This document shows positions 60,727 to 64,000 of a DNA stretch of 64,000 nt, one piece after another (positions within the stretch are counted from its first letter, which is position 1; every line of letters starts with the position of its first letter). The stretch is from assembly GCA_037444365.1 (NCBI GenBank), contig JBBIMO010000003.1, forward strand, positions 10,854-74,853, given 5' to 3'. The notes beneath the pieces are model-generated. The model saw nothing but the letters and a program-made list of their open reading frames with translations, did not search any database and was not told the DNA's origin. The DNA comes from Chloroflexota bacterium. GTDB lineage: Bacteria; Chloroflexota; Dehalococcoidia; GIF9; AB-539-J10. The translations under genes and the position numbers were made by a program.

Positions 60727-61566
60727 CTACGCCGTTGGAATCACCTTTATTTCGTCTCCCACTATTGCGCCCAGAAAGTCACAGGCGCTTCCGTCCCTGA
60801 GAGATACCTCAAGGTAGCCGCTGCTGCCCATGATAGCCATTATCCCCTCTCCCTGTGCATAGTAGTGGCTAATACCTTGAATAGAGCAACCAGCCACCTC
60901 AATCCTGACATCTTTTCCAGACAGAGCATTGCTCTTGACATTGCTGATCAACGTGCCAAAGTGGTCAATATGTATGACTCGACCAACCAGAGCACCCTCT
61001 AAATCAACTGACGGTTTGGGAATAGGAAGTATATGCAGGGAGTTGATTTTCTCCCCGAATTCATAAGGAGAAATGCCTAAGGAAAGGCCTGCAGCCACCG
61101 GAGCAAAAATGTCCCTTCCATGGAAGGTAGGGCTGACCGGATGCCGCCAGAACCGAGGGTCAGTAATAGCTGCAGCTTCAAGACCTTTCTTGAACACTAC
61201 CTCCTGAAGGTCGTGACTCTGCTCGGTCGGTGAGCGACTTTCCACGGAGAACAGATCATCGATTACGTAGCTAAGGATGCCATTGTCCGGGCCGACAAAC
61301 ACGGCCACAGGCGTCTTCAGTATTACCCCCCGGCGCTCACTACCCACGCCAGGATCAACAATAGCCACATGCACTGCTTGCTTGGGGAAGTAACGGTAGG
61401 CGACGCTCAGCACAAAAGCAGCCTGCAGGATATTCTGTGGCTTAATAGAATGACTGATGTCTATGATATTAGCTTCAGGATTGATGCTCAAAACGGCACC
61501 TTTCACAGCAGCGACATAAGCATCGTCATAACCGAAGTCGGTGGTCAGAGTTACTATGGAACCCAT
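60727..61566 (-). CDS. DUF62 SAM hydroxide adenosyltransferase (chlorinase/fluorinase superfamily)
   Basis: LTTDFG, VDPGVGSERR, GPDNG, TFHGRDIFAP, IDHFG, GSSGYLEV. Confidence 0.92.
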   Translation of the reverse strand: MGSIVTLTTDFGYDDAYVAAVKGAVLSINPEANIIDISHSIKPQNILQAAFVLSVAYRYFPKQAVHVAIVDPGVGSERRGVILKTPVAVFVGPDNGILSYVIDDLFSVESRSPTEQSHDLQEVVFKKGLEAAAITDPRFWRHPVSPTFHGRDIFAPVAAGLSLGISPYEFGEKINSLHILPIPKPSVDLEGALVGRVIHIDHFGTLISNVKSNALSGKDVRIEVAGCSIQGISHYYAQGEGIMAIMGSSGYLEVSLRDGSACDFLGAIVGDEIKVIPTA

Positions 61567-61575
61567 CTAAAGACA

Positions 61576-61791
61576 CTAAGCCTGGGTAGCAATTAGGGTA
61601 GCAAGGACAACAAGCGCGACAGCTAAGATGATAGTCAGCTTGAAAAGGGTGCTTTCTATGCCACGCCGTGTGCGATACACCGAGTCAGCCTGCCCACCCC
61701 CTATGCCCCCACCCCGCAGTTGAAATAGCACAGCAGCAACTAAGGCTATTGATATCAGCATCTGAGCAACCATAAGATAAGTCGGCGGCAC
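61576..61791 (-). CDS. secG: preprotein translocase subunit SecG
   Basis: two TM helices joined by a Gly-rich loop, RTRRGIESTLFKLT. Confidence 0.85.
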   Translation of the reverse strand: MPPTYLMVAQMLISIALVAAVLFQLRGGGIGGGQADSVYRTRRGIESTLFKLTIILAVALVVLATLIATQA

Positions 61792-61792
61792 T

Positions 61793-63229
61793 TCATTTAC
61801 CTCCTAGTTCCTTGATAATAATCTCTCGTACCATGCCCGGATTGGCCCTTCCCTCCGTGGCTTTCATTACCTGCCCTATGATAAACGTCAAAGCTCGTTG
61901 TTTCCCAGCGGCATAGTCTGCCACTGCCTCGCTACTATTGGCCAGCACCTGCTTGACCACTCCTCTTATTTCAGCGGCATCGCCAATCTGGCTGAGCCTC
62001 TTCTCCATCACAATCTCGCTGGCGCTCTTACCGGTGTGGAACATCTCCTCCAGCACTACTTTGGCTACAGGTCCGCTTATAGCCCCGCTATCCACCATGC
62101 CCAGCATTTGCGCTAGATGGTGCGGCTTCATTCTAACATTTTCAACCTCAGTATTGGTAGCGTTAAGCAACCGGCTGAAATCCCCCAGAAGCCAGTTGCT
62201 AACAGACTTCGCCTTGCTGGAATCCATCAGCTTAACACACTTTTCAAAGTAATCCGCCATCGGCTTTGAGTTGGTCAAAAGACTCGCATCGTACAAGGGC
62301 AAGCCATACTCAGCCATGAATCGGTCTCTGCGTGCCTCGGGCAGTTCAGGGAGCCTGGCTCTGATTTTCTCTATCCAGTCTCGATCCAGAACCAGTGGAG
62401 GCAAATCGGGTTCGGGAAAATACCGGTAATCCTGAGCATACTCTTTGGTTCTCTGGAGCACCGTTACGCCTGTCTCCTCTGCCCACCCTCTGGTCTCCTG
62501 TGTCAGTTCTTGTCCTTCGTCAAGCATTTTGGCCTGTCGTCTCGCCTCGTACTCCAGGGCCTGGTAAACAGCCTTGAAGCTGTTCATATTCTTGACTTCC
62601 ACCTTGGGCAGAAGTTTCCTGCTATTCGACGGACGCAGGCTGATATTGGCATCGCATCTGAAGCTTCCCTCCTCCATATTAGCGGTGGACACTCCCAGAT
62701 AACGCAGGATGTTGTGCAACCTGACAAGATAATCCCTCGCCTCGTCAGGAGAGCTTATCTCTGGCTCACCGACAATCTCCATCAGAGGCACGCCGGAGCG
62801 GTTCACATCTATCAGACTGTGATCTCCCCTGTGCAGCAATTTGGCTGTATCTTCTTCAAGATGCACCCTGGTGATGTTGATCCTCTTCCTGTTACCGTTG
62901 CTATCAATGGTCAGCCAGCCTCCTTTCCCGATAGGGGCATCATACTGCGAGATCTGATAACCCTTCATCAGGTCAGGATAGAAGTAGTTCTTGCGGTCAA
63001 ATTTGGTGTACTCAGGGATTGCGCAATTCAAAGCCAAAGCAGTCATTACTGTGTATTCTATTGCTCGCTCGTTGATCACAGGGAGAACACCGGGCATGCC
63101 CAGGCAGACGGGGCAGACGTGGGTGTTAGGCGCAGCGCTGGCATAGTCAGCGCTACAGCTACAGAACATCTTGCTCTTGGTTAGTAGCTGGGTATGAACC
63201 TCCAGGCCAATGACTATTTCATAGGTCAT
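61793..63229 (-). CDS. gatB: Asp/Glu-tRNA amidotransferase subunit B
   Basis: IGLEVH, FDRKNYFYPDL, HLEED, RCDAN, YRYFPEPDL. Confidence 0.98.
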   Translation of the reverse strand: MTYEIVIGLEVHTQLLTKSKMFCSCSADYASAAPNTHVCPVCLGMPGVLPVINERAIEYTVMTALALNCAIPEYTKFDRKNYFYPDLMKGYQISQYDAPIGKGGWLTIDSNGNRKRINITRVHLEEDTAKLLHRGDHSLIDVNRSGVPLMEIVGEPEISSPDEARDYLVRLHNILRYLGVSTANMEEGSFRCDANISLRPSNSRKLLPKVEVKNMNSFKAVYQALEYEARRQAKMLDEGQELTQETRGWAEETGVTVLQRTKEYAQDYRYFPEPDLPPLVLDRDWIEKIRARLPELPEARRDRFMAEYGLPLYDASLLTNSKPMADYFEKCVKLMDSSKAKSVSNWLLGDFSRLLNATNTEVENVRMKPHHLAQMLGMVDSGAISGPVAKVVLEEMFHTGKSASEIVMEKRLSQIGDAAEIRGVVKQVLANSSEAVADYAAGKQRALTFIIGQVMKATEGRANPGMVREIIIKELGGK

Positions 63230-63240
63230 AGCTTGCGCCC

Positions 63241-63269
63241 AGTATACCAGTGTCGCCTCATAGAGGCAA
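63241..63269 (-). promoter_or_regulatory. gatB promoter
   Basis: minus strand TTGCCT-N17-TATACT (TGn extended), 11 nt before ATG. Confidence 0.55.
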
Positions 63270-63282
63270 GAATCCAGCCGAA

Positions 63283-63311
63283 TTGATTTTGACTCGGGGT
63301 ATTGCTAGAAT
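63283..63311 (+). promoter_or_regulatory. tRNA-Ala promoter
   Basis: TTGATT-N17-TAGAAT with TGc extension, 7 nt before tRNA position 1. Confidence 0.6.
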
Positions 63312-63318
63312 TGAATTC

Positions 63319-63394
63319 GGGGATATAGCTCAGCTGGGAGAGCACTGCGTTCGCATCGCAGGGGTCGGGGGTTCGAATCCCCCTATCTCCACCA
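63319..63394 (+). tRNA. tRNA-Ala (anticodon CGC)
   Basis: acceptor GGGGATA/TATCTCC with G3:U70; anticodon arm CTGCG-TTCGCAT-CGCAG; GTTCGAATC; encoded CCA. Confidence 0.97.
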
Positions 63395-63442
63395 TGAAAC
63401 TCGGGAAAGCCAGCTGTCCCGCCCTTCGGGAACTGTCACCTT

Positions 63443-63595
63443 TCATACCAGATCCGAGTGCTCTTTGACAGCTCGATGTATTTCATGCCGAAGCTGGGCA
63501 TCGTCAGGATAGCCAAACAATCCCCCCAGTCGCTGTTTTGAGATTGTTCTTCTCTGATGCGCCATTACAATAGACTTTGGACGCCGCCCCGCCAT
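63443..63595 (-). pseudogene. MazF/PemK toxin remnant (C-terminal half only)
   Basis: MAGRRPKSIVMAHQRRTISKQRLGGLFGYPDDAQLRHEIHRAVKEHSDLV matches the PemK QxRTIxKxRL region; TGATG-coupled to the upstream gene. Confidence 0.72.
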
Positions 63596-63861
63596 CAACC
63601 TATCCTCCGAGCAGTTTCGGCGTCTGCAGTTCGAAAGGCAGCCTCGACATCGTCAATGTCCTTGAGCAACAAAGTGTCTCTGGCCCCGCCTTGCCATAGC
63701 CTTTGCCCTGCCTGTCTCTGCAGTTTCCTCAACTCCCTGCTCAACGCTTGCTCAACCAGAGCATTCCTGCTGGGTGCCATCCCTTGAGCCATCATCTCAT
63801 CTAAGGCTGCCGACACGTCAGTATGCAGGTTAAATGTAGCTTTCTTTGTTTTTCCTCGCAC
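63595..63861 (-). CDS. ribbon-helix-helix (CopG-like) antitoxin
   Basis: KATFNL..V..ALDE...SRNALVEQAL; acidic C-terminal tail; upstream of the toxin remnant. Confidence 0.78.
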   Translation of the reverse strand: MRGKTKKATFNLHTDVSAALDEMMAQGMAPSRNALVEQALSRELRKLQRQAGQRLWQGGARDTLLLKDIDDVEAAFRTADAETARRIG

Positions 63862-64000
63862 ATACCTGCCACACTCTTTTATCTAACGCATCCTTCCATA
63901 ATGGGCAACCAGTACTTGGAAGTACATCTGTTGAGAGTCTCTAAATGCATCACGGGTTAACAAACGCCGCAAAGCAACCATGAGACTCCGGGGCACAGAG

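Noticed and set aside
60727-61566. Halogenase (fluorinase/SalL chlorinase) in a dehalogenator-related lineage
   Set aside because: It retains the Asp-Arg-His triad (VDPG..ERR, TFHGRD) of DUF62 hydroxide adenosyltransferases, not halogenase motifs.
1-64000. CRISPR arrays, rRNA, transposases, reverse transcriptases, defence systems
   Set aside because: None recognisable in the sequence or the ORF track.

Overview
A gene-dense 64-kb bacterial chromosomal segment. Protein style and gene context suggest Chloroflexota class Dehalococcoidia, which is an inference and not a database result. Most of it is housekeeping: dnaN, mutL, pcrA/uvrD, rnc, pepA, uvrB, gltX, leuS, coaD, rsmD, clpC, radA, ispD/F, coaE, secG, gatB and tRNA-Ala(CGC). 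It holds two carbon-storage modules. The first is a glycogen/glycolysis block (malQ, ROK kinase, LacD-type aldolase, pyk, glgB-A-C-P, DUF5752, GH57). The second, and the highlight, is a polyhydroxyalkanoate operon of hybrid architecture at 32.6-37.0 kb: a Bacillus-type phaQ regulator and phasin, an uncharacterised granule-type ORF, a class III phaE-phaC synthase and phaJ, with no phaA/phaB. It is transcribed divergently from a mini-MerR / 4xPAS kinase / HD-GYP signalling operon. Also seen: three small ORFs missed by the ORF track, at least four pseudogenes (PflX-like radical SAM, AAA_33 kinase, proC, mazF), Cys-deficient Mrp and IscU-like proteins, an Ig-repeat plus thiol-redox surface module, and repeated signs of near-leaderless transcription, including the tRNA. 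No CRISPR array, rRNA, transposase or integrase was seen. All family assignments come from recognising motifs by eye; no searches were run.
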